From the NCBI GenBank assembly GCA_963666835.2, contig CAXXGO010000001.1, positions 992,001 to 1,056,000 on the forward strand: a DNA stretch of 64,000 nt, in the 5' to 3' direction. The notes under the pieces are model-generated. The model was not told where the DNA came from. It saw only the letters and a list, made by a program, of their open reading frames with translations, and ran no database searches. The translations under genes were made by a program, and so were the position numbers. Every line of letters starts with the position of its first letter. Position 1 is the first letter of the stretch. This document shows, in pieces, positions 37,302 through 47,941 of this stretch. This stretch comes from Phycisphaerae bacterium. GTDB lineage: Bacteria > Planctomycetota > Phycisphaerae > UBA1845.

Positions 37302-40300
37302 ATGTCGCGTCCTGGCACGTCCGCATTGATAATCTCGCTGGCTATCCTGTCTTCGGTAAGCGCCCAGACTGTGATCCATGTTGACATTGATGCTCCACCT
37401 GACGGAGATGGGACGTCCTGGACGACTGCCTACAACTCACTGTCCGCTGCTCTGGCGGCTGCGGAACCAGGCGATCAGATTTGGGTGGCGGCCGGGCGGT
37501 ATGTGGGGAGGATCAGGCTTGCGCTTGAGGTCCAGCTTTATGGCGGTTTCGCGGGCACGGAGACCGAGTTGGATCAGCGCGACTGGACGACCCACAAGAC
37601 CATCATCGATGGCGACAAACGCGGCAGCGTGGTCACCTCGCCCGTTGGCGCGGGCGAAACGACGCGGATCGACGGCTTCACGATCACGGGAGGTGGCGCC
37701 TTCTACGGGGGCGGGCTGCTCCTCGAAAGTTCCTCCCCGACTATCGCGAACAACACGATCACGGGAAACAGTGGCTGGCACGGCGGCGGGCTGTATCTGT
37801 CGAATTCCGATGCAACGATTGCGAACAACACGATCACGGAAAACACGGCTCTTAGAGACTGCTATGGTGGCGGCGGGTTGTACCTGTACGAGTCCTCGCC
37901 GGTGATCGCGAACAACACAATTACGGGCAACAGCGCAGCCGACTCCGGTGGCGGGCTGTTGCTCGAGAGTTCCTCCCCGACGATCGCGAACAACACGATC
38001 ACGGGCAACGGCGCCTGGAGCGGCGGCGGGCTGTATCTGCGGTCTTCCGCCCCGACGATCACGAACACTATCATCGCGTTGAACTCGTCCGGGGTCCACC
38101 TGGAAGACGACGAAAACACGCCGACTCTCCGGTACAACTGCGTCTACGGCAACGCCGCGTACGATTGGTATGGACTCCCGAACCCCACCGGGACCGATGG
38201 GAACATCTCGCAGGACCCGTTGCTTGCCGATGCACGGTATCGCAACGTACACATCCAGCCGGACTCGCCTTGCGTGGATGCCGGAAGCAACCCGGACGCC
38301 TACGGCAACCTCGATCTGGATGGAGAGCCCCGCATCCATCCGGTGGACGGAATCGTGGATATCGGAGCCGACGAGTCGGATGGTACGTTGTGGCCAACAG
38401 GGCCGTATGCCGTTGTGCGAGTGAGCTCCCTGGGGGACGACATCAACGACGGCTCGTCCTGGGCCCAGGCCAAATGCACGGTCCAGGCGGGAGTCGACGC
38501 GGCATCGGTGCTGGGTGGCGAGGTGTGGGTGCAGTCCGGTTCTTACGAGGAGAACATCACCCTACGCCCCTATGCCTACCTCTACGGAGGCTTCGCTGGT
38601 GACGAGGAGGTCCGGGACGAGCGGGATTGGGCTGCTAACGTCACAATACTAGACGGCCGGCAGCAGGATTCGGTCGTGGCCGCAAGAGCGGGCTACAATG
38701 TAAGTGCCATCGAGGGCTTCACGATCACGGGAGGTCGCGCCAATCACGGCGGCGGGCTGCACGTGTACGGTTCCTCCCCGACGATTGCGAACAATACCAT
38801 CGCGGGAAACACGGGCGGCGGGCTGTATCTGTGGTATTCCGATGCAACGATTGCGAACAACACGATCACGGGAAACAGGGGCTCCCATGGCGGCGGGCTG
38901 TATCTGTGGCATTCCGTTGCAACGATCGCGAACAACACGATTAGGGGCAACAGCGCAGCCGACTCCGGTGGCGGGCTGTTGCTCGAGAGTTCCTCCCCGA
39001 CGATCGCGAACAACACGATAACGGGCAACAACGCCTACAGCGGCGGCGGACTGCACCTCGAGGATTCGTTCCCGGCGATCGCGAACACGATCATAGCGTT
39101 CAACTCGTCCGGGGTTTACCTGGACGATACAAGCGCGCCGACCCTCTGGCACAACTGCGTCTACGGCAACCCCGGGTACGATTACGATGGTCTCTCGGAC
39201 CCCACCGGGACCGGCGGCAACATCTCCCAAGACCCGTTGCTTGCCGATGCCCGGTATGGCAACGTACACATCCAGCCGGGCTCGCCTTGCGTGGATGCCG
39301 GAAGCAACCCGGACGCCTACGGTGATTTCGATGTGGATGGCGAGCCCCGCATCCATCCGGTGGACGGAATCGTGGACATCGGGGCCGACGAGTCGGATGG
39401 TACGTTGTGGCCAACGGGGCCGTATACCGTTGTACGGGTGAGCCCCCTGGGAGACGACATCAACGACGGCTCGTCCTGGACCCTGGCCAAATGCACGGTC
39501 CAGGCGGCAGTCGACGCGGCATCGGTACTCGGTGGCGACGTGTGGGTGCAGTCCGGTTCCTACGAGGAGAACATCACCCTGCAACCCTATGCCTACCTCT
39601 ATGGAGGCTTCGCCGGGAACGAAGAGGTTAGGGACGAGCGGGACTGGGTTGCCAACGCTACGATTCTCGACGGCCGGCAGCAAGGTTGGGTCGTGACGGC
39701 AGAAGCGGGCCACCATGTAAGCGCCATCGACGGCTTCACGATTACGGGAGGTGGCGCCATGTACTCGTACGGCGGCGGGCTGCGGCTGGTGTCTTCCTCC
39801 CCGACAATCGCGAACAACACGATAACGGGAAACAGCGCCGTCTTCGGCGGCGGGCTGTACCTGTTGTCTTCCTCCCCAACGATCGCGAACAACACGATTA
39901 CGGGCAACAATTCATCCGACGAGGGCGGCGGGCTGTTCCTCGAGAGTTCCTCCCCGACCATCGCGAACAACACGATCACGGGAAACGCCTCTAGATATAG
40001 ATCTGGCGGCGGGCTGTACCTGTTGTCTTCCTCCCCGACGATCGCGAACAACACGATCACGGGAAACAGTGCCGAACGCGGCGGCGGGCTGTATCTCCGG
40101 GATTCCTTCCCGACGATCGCGAACAACACGATAACGGGAAACCGTTCATCCGGCTGCGGCGGCGGACTGTATCTGTGGTCTTCCTCCCCGACGACTGCGA
40201 ACAACACGATCACGAGCAACAGCGCGGTCAACGGCGGCGGGCTGTACCTTTACAACGGTTCCTCCCCGATGATCGCGAACACGATCATCGCGCTCAACTC

Positions 40301-42206
40301 GTCCGGGGTTTACGTGTACGACAGCGAGCCGACCCTCTGGTACAACTGCGTCTACGGCAACGCCGAGTACGATTACGATGGCCTCTCGGACCCCACTGGG
40401 ACCGATGGCAACATCTCCGAAGACCCGTTGCTTGCCGATGCACAGTATGGCAACGTACATATCCAGCCGGACTCGCCTTGCGTGGATGCCGGAAGCAACA
40501 CGGATGTCTACGGTGATTCCGATCTCGATGGAGAGCCCCGCATCCATCCGGCGGACGGAATCGTGGATATCGGAGCGGACGAGTCGGATGGTAGCTTGTG
40601 GCCAGCGGGGCCATACGCCGTTGTACGGGTGAGTCCCCTGGGGGACGACATCAACGACGGCTCGTCCTGGGCCCTGGCCAAGTATACGGTCCAGGCGGCA
40701 GTCGACGCGGCATCGGTCCTGGGTGGCGAGGTGTGGGTGCGGTCCGGTTCCTACGAAGAGAACATCACCCTACACCCCTATGCCTACCTCTATGGAGGCT
40801 TCGCCGGCGACGAAGACGTTCGGGGCGAGCGGGACTGGGTTGCCAACGTTACGATTCTCGACGGTCGGCAGCAAGGGGCGGTGGTGACTGCGAATGCGGG
40901 CCACCATGCAAGCGCCATCGACGGCTTCACGATCACGGGAGGGAGCGCCAAGTACGGCGGCGGGCTGTCGCTGTTGCATTCCTCCCCCACGATTGCGAAC
41001 AACACGATCACGGTCAACAGTTCATCCGAAGACGGCGGCGGATTGTATCTCCGGTATTCCTTCCCGACGATCGCGAACAACACGATAACGGGCAACAGTG
41101 CCAAACACGACGGCGGTGGACTGTATCTGCAATATTCCTCCCCAACGATAGCAAACAACACAATAACGGGCAACACGACTGACGGAAGCTGCAACGGCGG
41201 CGGCGGACTGTATCTGCATTATTCGTCCCCGACGATCGCGAACAACACGATAACGGGCAACAGTGCCAAATACGACGGCGGCGGGCTGCGTCTGCATTAT
41301 TCTTCCCCGACGATCGCGAACAACACGATAACGGGCAACACGGCCAGTGACGACGGCGGCGGGCTGTTCATGTCGAGATCCTCCCCGACGATCGCGAACA
41401 ACACGATAACGGGCAACAGCGCAGCCGACTTCGGCGGTGGGCTGTATCTGTGGTATTCCGATGCAACGATCGCGAACAACACGATAACGGGCAACAGCGC
41501 AGCCGACTCCGGCGGTGGGCTGTGTCTGTCGTATTCCTCAAACCCGACGATCGCAAACACGATCATCGCATTCAACTCATCCGGAGTTTACCTGGACGAC
41601 GACACAAACGCGCCGACCCTCTGGTACGACTGCGTCCACGGCAACGCCGAATACGACTACGATGGCCTCCCGGACCCCACCGGGACCGACGGCAACATCT
41701 CGCAAGACCCGCTGTTCGTGCGAGATCCCGACGATGGTGGCGACGGCTGGGGTGATGATCCCGACACGCCGGCCATCGACGAAGGCGCCAACGACGACTA
41801 CGGCAACCTCCGCCACTTGCCTGGCTCGCCGTGCATTGACGCCGCTGACAACGATGCCGTCCCCGACGACACGCTCGACCTGGACGGTGATGGCGACGTG
41901 ACCGAATCGATCCCGTTCGACCTCGATGGCTACACCCGCTTCGTGGATGACCCGCGGACGGCGGACGCAGGGAACCCCGGCGGGCACGGACCGCCCGTTG
42001 TCGATATGGGTGCCTACGAGTTCCGCCCGGGGGACTGCGGCCATGACGGTGACGTGGACATGTCCGACTACGCAGAGTGGGAGAGCTGTCTCTCGGGCCC
42101 CGAGTACCAGACCCCGGCCGAGTGCGAGTGCTTCGACGTAAACGGCAACGATCACGTTGACCTCGCTGACTTTGCCGTGCTTCAGGTGAATCTCACGGGG
42201 CCGTGA
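37302..42206 (+). CDS. Large secreted right-handed parallel beta-helix repeat protein (4 modules) with C-terminal dockerin-like EF-hand pair
   Basis: Signal peptide (..VSA-QT); 21 coils of SSPTIANNTITGN-x-GGGLYL; module caps DGxSW, LYGGFAG.E, SPCVDAG, VDIGADE; tail GDCGHDGDVDMSDY...DVNGNDHVDLADFAVLQ; GGAGGAG RBS. Confidence 0.92.
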   Translation: MSRPGTSALIISLAILSSVSAQTVIHVDIDAPPDGDGTSWTTAYNSLSAALAAAEPGDQIWVAAGRYVGRIRLALEVQLYGGFAGTETELDQRDWTTHKTIIDGDKRGSVVTSPVGAGETTRIDGFTITGGGAFYGGGLLLESSSPTIANNTITGNSGWHGGGLYLSNSDATIANNTITENTALRDCYGGGGLYLYESSPVIANNTITGNSAADSGGGLLLESSSPTIANNTITGNGAWSGGGLYLRSSAPTITNTIIALNSSGVHLEDDENTPTLRYNCVYGNAAYDWYGLPNPTGTDGNISQDPLLADARYRNVHIQPDSPCVDAGSNPDAYGNLDLDGEPRIHPVDGIVDIGADESDGTLWPTGPYAVVRVSSLGDDINDGSSWAQAKCTVQAGVDAASVLGGEVWVQSGSYEENITLRPYAYLYGGFAGDEEVRDERDWAANVTILDGRQQDSVVAARAGYNVSAIEGFTITGGRANHGGGLHVYGSSPTIANNTIAGNTGGGLYLWYSDATIANNTITGNRGSHGGGLYLWHSVATIANNTIRGNSAADSGGGLLLESSSPTIANNTITGNNAYSGGGLHLEDSFPAIANTIIAFNSSGVYLDDTSAPTLWHNCVYGNPGYDYDGLSDPTGTGGNISQDPLLADARYGNVHIQPGSPCVDAGSNPDAYGDFDVDGEPRIHPVDGIVDIGADESDGTLWPTGPYTVVRVSPLGDDINDGSSWTLAKCTVQAAVDAASVLGGDVWVQSGSYEENITLQPYAYLYGGFAGNEEVRDERDWVANATILDGRQQGWVVTAEAGHHVSAIDGFTITGGGAMYSYGGGLRLVSSSPTIANNTITGNSAVFGGGLYLLSSSPTIANNTITGNNSSDEGGGLFLESSSPTIANNTITGNASRYRSGGGLYLLSSSPTIANNTITGNSAERGGGLYLRDSFPTIANNTITGNRSSGCGGGLYLWSSSPTTANNTITSNSAVNGGGLYLYNGSSPMIANTIIALNSSGVYVYDSEPTLWYNCVYGNAEYDYDGLSDPTGTDGNISEDPLLADAQYGNVHIQPDSPCVDAGSNTDVYGDSDLDGEPRIHPADGIVDIGADESDGSLWPAGPYAVVRVSPLGDDINDGSSWALAKYTVQAAVDAASVLGGEVWVRSGSYEENITLHPYAYLYGGFAGDEDVRGERDWVANVTILDGRQQGAVVTANAGHHASAIDGFTITGGSAKYGGGLSLLHSSPTIANNTITVNSSSEDGGGLYLRYSFPTIANNTITGNSAKHDGGGLYLQYSSPTIANNTITGNTTDGSCNGGGGLYLHYSSPTIANNTITGNSAKYDGGGLRLHYSSPTIANNTITGNTASDDGGGLFMSRSSPTIANNTITGNSAADFGGGLYLWYSDATIANNTITGNSAADSGGGLCLSYSSNPTIANTIIAFNSSGVYLDDDTNAPTLWYDCVHGNAEYDYDGLPDPTGTDGNISQDPLFVRDPDDGGDGWGDDPDTPAIDEGANDDYGNLRHLPGSPCIDAADNDAVPDDTLDLDGDGDVTESIPFDLDGYTRFVDDPRTADAGNPGGHGPPVVDMGAYEFRPGDCGHDGDVDMSDYAEWESCLSGPEYQTPAECECFDVNGNDHVDLADFAVLQVNLTGP
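37370..41720 (+). repeat. Nested intragenic repeats: four modules of about 1.0-1.2 kb, each with 66-75 bp tandem units
   Basis: Module offsets 1020 bp (38221 vs 39241) and 1191 bp (39241 vs 40432); 75-bp identity between 37925-37999 and 38945-39019. Confidence 0.95.
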
Positions 42207-42514
42207 AACGTTTGCGGTGTAGGCCGACGTTGAAAACGTCTTAAGTCAACATGCAGCGTGTATGCTGCTTGGACCGAAACAGCAGAACGTAGGTCGGGCT
42301 TTGTCCAATGGTATTAACCTTGGCAGGCCGCCATGCGGGCAGCCGTCCCGAAGGAACGTAGGCATTCAGCCGCGGGTGGAGCGCCTCGTTGTTCTACACA
42401 TCTTTGCTGGGCGAGCGAAGCGTATCCGTCCGACTCCGCGGTGGCCCAATCCTCAGTCTGAGAGGCCGCAAGGCGCGGCTTCCTTTTCAGCGAAAGGCGT
42501 CAAGCCGGCTCGGT

Positions 42515-42818
42515 GTTCAGGCTGAAAGCCTACAAGACAATAGCCGGGGGCAAGGCCGCGCAGCGGCCGCCGCCCCCGGGTGGGGTCCCAGCAATCCCAA
42601 TCACCCTGACAGGGTGAAAGAGACGGCGGCGACGAACCGCGAGTTTGGTTCGGCTGCCCGGCTTCTTTGAGAATGCGTCAAAAGTCAATGGCGAAGCACA
42701 TTTACCGGGGCTGTTTGACCCCTACCAGGGTCAGGTGGGTTTGGGGGACCGGGTCCGGGGGCGGCGGCCGCTGCGCGGCCTTGCCCCCGGCTACTTCATC
42801 TGAGCCCTTCGGGCTGGA
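42515..42818. repeat. REPIN/MITE-like inverted pair of composite palindromes
   Basis: Perfect 39-bp inverted repeat at 42541-42579 / 42755-42793, flanked by small hairpins (AGGCTGAAAGCCT, CACCCTGACAGGGTG, AGCCCTTCGGGCT); no transposase inside. Confidence 0.8.
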
Positions 42819-43023
42819 GGACGCAGCGCCGTTGGCGTACTCGGACGGGACGCAGTCCCGCACATCAGAGAGAACTCTCTTGTGTCTTCTGCCAAGGTTA
42901 GTGCCATTGGGCTGAGCCCAACCTACTTGACTGCAAAGGCGGACGAACCCCGAAACGCGTTGGGCTTGGGTCTCATCTTCGCGCGAGGCGCAAGATGCCG
43001 CAAGGGAGCGGGCGGTTGCCAAG

Positions 43024-46000
43024 TCATGTCTGCACCGTGCCAATACCGTGGCCCGGGCGATTCGCATAGATCAGCCAGTAGGCAATCGGGATAACGAAGA
43101 GCGTAAACACCGTTGATGCGAACAGCCCGAAGATCAGCGACCAGGCCAGCCCGGAGAAAATAGGGTCTATTGCGATCGGCACCGCGGACAGCATCGCCGT
43201 TGCTGCGGTTAGGAGAATAGGGCGAAGCCGTACGACCCGGCTCTCCATGATGGCGTCGAAGAGCGATCTTCCGCGCCTTAGGGACAGATGGATGAAATCC
43301 ACCAGGATGATCGAGTCCCGCGTTACGATTCCGGATAGCGCAATCATGCCGATCATGCCTGTAGCAGTGAAGAAGATCGGATCGGCGTAGGAACCAACCG
43401 TGTCGCCGGCCAGGGCATTCAACAGCCAGAAGCCCGGCATGATCCCCAATATGTTCAACGGAATCGCGAGCATCACCACAATTGGGATCACGAACGACCG
43501 GGTCTGTCCGACCAGGAGAATATAGATTCCCACCAGAGCCGCCGCGAATGCCAAGCCCAGATCTCGAAAGACATCCAGCGTGATCTTCCACTCGCCCTCA
43601 CCGGCGAAGTCGATCTCAATCCCGTCGGGAACATGCCACGCTATGCCGCTCCCGTTACTGAAAAACGTACGGCCGGCCGTCGGCTTTGGGTTATTCGTGC
43701 TGACCCATCCGTTGCCCAGCGCCGACGCGCGAGCCGGCATGCCGGCCGCGTCGACTACGCGATCGGCTTGGACATCGACCACGGCGTCAGCCGGCGGGCG
43801 CCCGGCCGTCTCGGCGAACACGTACGCAACCCGGCGCAGGTTCTTATGGTAGATAGTCTTGTCCAACCGCGCCTCTTCCCATCGTCCGAGCTCTGCCAAA
43901 GGCACGAGGTTACCGCCGCGCCCCTTCACCCGGACCTGGCCGAGATCGGCGACACTGGAGCGAATCGCCCGGGGCAACCGCAACTCGATAAGCAGAGGGT
44001 TCCGCTCAGTCGGCACATGGATGGCTCCGGCTGGCATACCTTCCAAGCAGATCTGAAGCGTGCCGACGATCTCCGCGACGGTGACGCCATTGAGCGCCGC
44101 CTTTTCTTTGTCCGTGCGGAAGATCAGTTTGGTTTCCGCGGTTTCGACAGAGTCATCAACATCCACAACGCCGGGCTCGGCTTCGAGCCGGACGCGCAAC
44201 ACGTTGGCAGCTTCGACAAGCGTATCGTAGGAATGATCCGGCCGGCCGTAGATTTCGCCGACGACGGTCGCAATCACCGGCGGCCCGGGCGGGATCTCCA
44301 CGATTTTGAGGATCGCCCGGTGCCGTTGGGCGATCTGCGTCAGATCGTCGCGGACCCGGAGCCCGATGGCGTGGCTCTGGCTGCTGCGGCTTTTCTTCCC
44401 GACCAAGTTGGCTCGAATTTCCGCGACGTTTTCTCCGCGGCGCAGGTAGTAGTGCCGTACCATACCGTTGAAGTCCATCGGAGAGGAGAGGCCGACGTAA
44501 GACGTGAAGTCGGTGACCTCCAACACGCCGCGTAAGTACTCCTCCATCTCACGAACGCACGCGTCCGTTCGCTCAAGCGTCGTCCCTTCGTCGAGATCGA
44601 GCACGAACAGCAATTCGTTCTTGTTATCGAAAGGCAGCATTTTCAAAGGCACGTGGCGGGTGGCCGCAAGCCCCCCCGCCAGCACGGTCAGACCGCCCAT
44701 GATCCCCAGGAACACCCACGCCTTCACCCGAGAATGCAGGAGGGGGGCCATCAGCGGGTAGAAGAACCGATAGAGCATCGATTCCTTCACTTTGCTGATG
44801 TCATGGGCATCGGTGACCAGGTCGGGAAGGGCCTCGCCGGATGAGTACTTCCGCTTGAGTACGTGATACGTGAGCCAGGGAGAGATCGTAAAGGCCACCA
44901 CCATCGACATGAGCATGGCCACCGGAACATTCAGCGCCATTGGTCGCATATACGGCCCCATCATGCCCGTGATGAAGAACATCGGCAGAAACGACACGAT
45001 AACGGCCAACGTTGCGGTAATCAGTGGCGGGCGGATCTCCGCTACGGCCTCGAGGACGATGTTCCGCGATGCTCGACGGTGCAACCCGAAGTGGCGCGAG
45101 ATATTCTCGACGTCCACGATCGGGTCGTCCACGAGCAGGCCAAGAGACAGAATGAGCGCAAACAACGTCACCCGGTTGATTGTGAAGCCGAAAAGCAGGT
45201 TAACCGTCAGGGTCAAGCCGAATACAACCGGGATGGCCACAACGACAATCAGTGCTTCGCGCCACCCCAGCCCGAATGTGAGCAGGGCAATCACGATGAA
45301 GATGGCCACCCCCAAAGCCTCGACCAGCTCGTTTACCTTGTGGTCGGCCGTGAGCCCGTAGTTGCGGGTGATGACCATTTCGATGTCGTCCGGCACAACC
45401 TCCCGCTGGAGCAACTCCGCCTGCGAGAGAATCTCTTCGGCGACTTTGACGGCGTTTGTGCCCTTCTTCTTGGCGAGCGCGATTGTGACCGCGGGGGCGC
45501 TTGTATCATCGGTTTCAACGGCAGCGTTCTCGCCGTCTACGAGCGTGCCGGTGAAAGACTTGCGATCCTCGAAACCTCGCGCCGGTCCCCAACCGTGCCT
45601 AACGTAGTCCGCTACCTCCTGCGCGCCATCGACAAGGCGAGCTACGTCTTTGAGAAACACGGGTCTATCACCCCGAACGCCGACGACAAGGTCTCGTAGC
45701 TCGTCCGGATGGGCGAACGCCGTGCCACCCTCGACACGTAGCGAGGTGTCTTCGCGGGCAAAGCTACCGACAATGGCCGTTACATTGGCGGCTTCCAGCG
45801 CCTGCTTGACCTCCAGCGGTGAGACGCGATAGCCCTCCATTCGGTGGGGATCAAGGTAGACATGAACCACACGCGGCCGGCCGCCGACAACGTACGCCCG
45901 CGAGAGATTTTCAACAGCGGAAAGACGTTGCACCAGTTCCTCAGCTACCCGGCGCAGAACGTGTCCATTCGATGCGGCACTGCGGAGCGTGAGCGTGACG

Positions 46001-46461
46001 ATCGGTACATCGTCGATCTCCACCGGTTTAATCACCCAGCCGGCCACTCCGGGCGGCACGATGTCGACGTGTTCATCAATGCGCTTGTAGAGCTTCACCA
46101 GGCTGCGTTCGCGATCTTCCCCTACGAAGTAGCGAACCGTGATAATGGCCGACCCTTCGCGCGACATCGAATAGACGTATTCAACGCCGTCGATTTGGTA
46201 GAGCAGCTTCTCCAGCGGAGTGGTGACAAGTTGCTCGACCTGCTCGGCCGAGTGACCGGGGAAGTCCACGTACACGTCGGCCATGGGCACCACGATCTGG
46301 GGATCCTCCTCGCGCGGCGTAACCGCCAGCGCAGTCAATCCCAAGGCCGCACCCAGGAGAATGAGAATAAGCGAGAGGTTGGATTCCAGGAAAGCTCGGA
46401 CGATAGCGTTCGTGAATCCGTGCTTGGAGTCGACAACGGGCGGAGCCGGTTCAGAAGTCAT
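43024..46461 (-). CDS. RND efflux transporter permease (AcrB/CusA superfamily)
   Basis: PREEDPQIVVP, LGLLVDDPIVDVENI, GMMGPYMRPM, GIVTRDSIILVDF, RLRPILLTA. Confidence 0.95.
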   Translation of the reverse strand: MTSEPAPPVVDSKHGFTNAIVRAFLESNLSLILILLGAALGLTALAVTPREEDPQIVVPMADVYVDFPGHSAEQVEQLVTTPLEKLLYQIDGVEYVYSMSREGSAIITVRYFVGEDRERSLVKLYKRIDEHVDIVPPGVAGWVIKPVEIDDVPIVTLTLRSAASNGHVLRRVAEELVQRLSAVENLSRAYVVGGRPRVVHVYLDPHRMEGYRVSPLEVKQALEAANVTAIVGSFAREDTSLRVEGGTAFAHPDELRDLVVGVRGDRPVFLKDVARLVDGAQEVADYVRHGWGPARGFEDRKSFTGTLVDGENAAVETDDTSAPAVTIALAKKKGTNAVKVAEEILSQAELLQREVVPDDIEMVITRNYGLTADHKVNELVEALGVAIFIVIALLTFGLGWREALIVVVAIPVVFGLTLTVNLLFGFTINRVTLFALILSLGLLVDDPIVDVENISRHFGLHRRASRNIVLEAVAEIRPPLITATLAVIVSFLPMFFITGMMGPYMRPMALNVPVAMLMSMVVAFTISPWLTYHVLKRKYSSGEALPDLVTDAHDISKVKESMLYRFFYPLMAPLLHSRVKAWVFLGIMGGLTVLAGGLAATRHVPLKMLPFDNKNELLFVLDLDEGTTLERTDACVREMEEYLRGVLEVTDFTSYVGLSSPMDFNGMVRHYYLRRGENVAEIRANLVGKKSRSSQSHAIGLRVRDDLTQIAQRHRAILKIVEIPPGPPVIATVVGEIYGRPDHSYDTLVEAANVLRVRLEAEPGVVDVDDSVETAETKLIFRTDKEKAALNGVTVAEIVGTLQICLEGMPAGAIHVPTERNPLLIELRLPRAIRSSVADLGQVRVKGRGGNLVPLAELGRWEEARLDKTIYHKNLRRVAYVFAETAGRPPADAVVDVQADRVVDAAGMPARASALGNGWVSTNNPKPTAGRTFFSNGSGIAWHVPDGIEIDFAGEGEWKITLDVFRDLGLAFAAALVGIYILLVGQTRSFVIPIVVMLAIPLNILGIMPGFWLLNALAGDTVGSYADPIFFTATGMIGMIALSGIVTRDSIILVDFIHLSLRRGRSLFDAIMESRVVRLRPILLTAATAMLSAVPIAIDPIFSGLAWSLIFGLFASTVFTLFVIPIAYWLIYANRPGHGIGTVQT

Positions 46462-47582
46462 TACTTGGGTCCCTCCTCCGTCTGCCGCAAGACGACCTGC
46501 TCGCCCTCACGCAGGCCTGACAGGACCTCCACGTCTTCGCCAAAGGACCGACCGAGCTTGACCGCACGGCGCCGCAGCCGATCGGCTTCCACGACCTTAA
46601 CGAGCTCGAGCTGCCCGACCTGCTCTACGGCCGACCCTGGGATCACGAGAACGGACTCGTCATCGAGGGGTATCAGCAATCTTCCAAACATGCCCGTATA
46701 AACGCCCGGAGGGCACGGGCCGGTTACCTTTACGAGGAAGGTCCTGCTGGCCGCTTCGGCTTCAGGAACGATCTCGCTTACGAGCCCCTCGCACGTGTGT
46801 TCGATCGTTTCGATCCTGGCGCCGATCATCTGCCCGACCTGCAACCTTCGTGTGAGCGACTCGCGAACGCTTGCGACGAGCTGCATGCGTGTCGGGTCGT
46901 ATAGCGTCAACAGGATCTGACCGGGGGTCGCGGTATCGCCGACCTCAACGCGTTTGTCTATAACCACACCATCGATGGGAGCCTTAATCGTCGCGTAGCC
47001 CAGTACGGTCTCGGCCTCCTTGACCGCTTGCTCGGCACGTTGCAGTTCAGCCTCGGCGGTCTTGAGCGCACTTTGCACCCGATCCCATTCGATCTTCGAG
47101 GCCGCCGACTGCTCCATGAGTTGCTTGATACGGTCGTGCTCGATCTTGGCCTGATCGCGGGCGGAGCGGGCGGCGCCGGCGCTGGATTCGGCCTGCCGGA
47201 CCCGAGCGCCGAGATCTTCGTCGTCCAACCGGATTAGGACGTCCCCCTTGTGGACTTGCTGGCCTGCCGTGATGTTGACCTCCACGATCTTCGCGAGCAA
47301 CTTCGCCGCGACCGCAGCCTCATGGACGGCCCGGACGGTCCCTACCGCCTGTTCGACCCGGGGAACCCGGATCAAACGGGCCTGAGTCGTCTCCACCCCG
47401 GCAGCCGAATCAGGCGGAGGGCCAGACGTTGCCTGGTAGTCAGAAGGCGATCGGTCGATCTTGCGGTGGAAGCCGCCGGCCAGCCAGACCATCAGCAGCA
47501 CGACCACCACCAAGAAGGCCAGTGCCGTGAGTACGCTGCGAACCGCCTTGATCGATACGAATGCACGTGTTCTGCGCGCCAT
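46461..47582 (-). CDS. RND periplasmic adaptor subunit
   Basis: N-terminal TM, GQQVHKGDVLIRLD, IKAPIDGVV, ASRTFLVK, EVLSGLREGE; GGAGGAG RBS. Confidence 0.93.
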   Translation of the reverse strand: MARRTRAFVSIKAVRSVLTALAFLVVVVLLMVWLAGGFHRKIDRSPSDYQATSGPPPDSAAGVETTQARLIRVPRVEQAVGTVRAVHEAAVAAKLLAKIVEVNITAGQQVHKGDVLIRLDDEDLGARVRQAESSAGAARSARDQAKIEHDRIKQLMEQSAASKIEWDRVQSALKTAEAELQRAEQAVKEAETVLGYATIKAPIDGVVIDKRVEVGDTATPGQILLTLYDPTRMQLVASVRESLTRRLQVGQMIGARIETIEHTCEGLVSEIVPEAEAASRTFLVKVTGPCPPGVYTGMFGRLLIPLDDESVLVIPGSAVEQVGQLELVKVVEADRLRRRAVKLGRSFGEDVEVLSGLREGEQVVLRQTEEGPK

Positions 47583-47923
47583 CAGATCTACTCCTCCAGA
47601 GCACCAGGACAGAGAATCGACTTCGGAGGCGGATCCTCCCCGGCAAGACCTCGCCTGCGTCCTGGCCCATTATCCGCCTGTAGGTCGTTGCGCCGACCCC
47701 TTGGCAGTTTTTGCCTCGATGCGGCGGATTAATCCGAGATTCCGCCGGATTCGCGAGAGGGTTGCCAAGAAGATGCGATCCCGGTTCCGCAAACGGCGGG
47801 CGTTTGGACTCTCGTTGCAGGGCCGCGAGCGTCTCCGGCGAAGGGCGAGATTGTCCAAGGTGGGCTCCGTTCGGTTTCGAACAAGCGTGCGGACAAGCTG
47901 TGCCGGAACGCGAGACTGGTGCA

Positions 47924-47941
47924 TCTTACATCACTGTAAGA
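47924..47941. promoter_or_regulatory. Palindrome TCTTACA-N4-TGTAAGA, candidate operator
   Basis: Perfect 7-bp arms between the divergent RND and rim operons. Confidence 0.4.

Noticed and set aside
37700..41560. Regular 66-75 bp repeats with variable intervals, superficially CRISPR-like or a DGR target
   Set aside because: The units keep frame within one long ORF and encode beta-helix coils; no cas genes, reverse transcriptase or adenine-specific template/variable pair is present.
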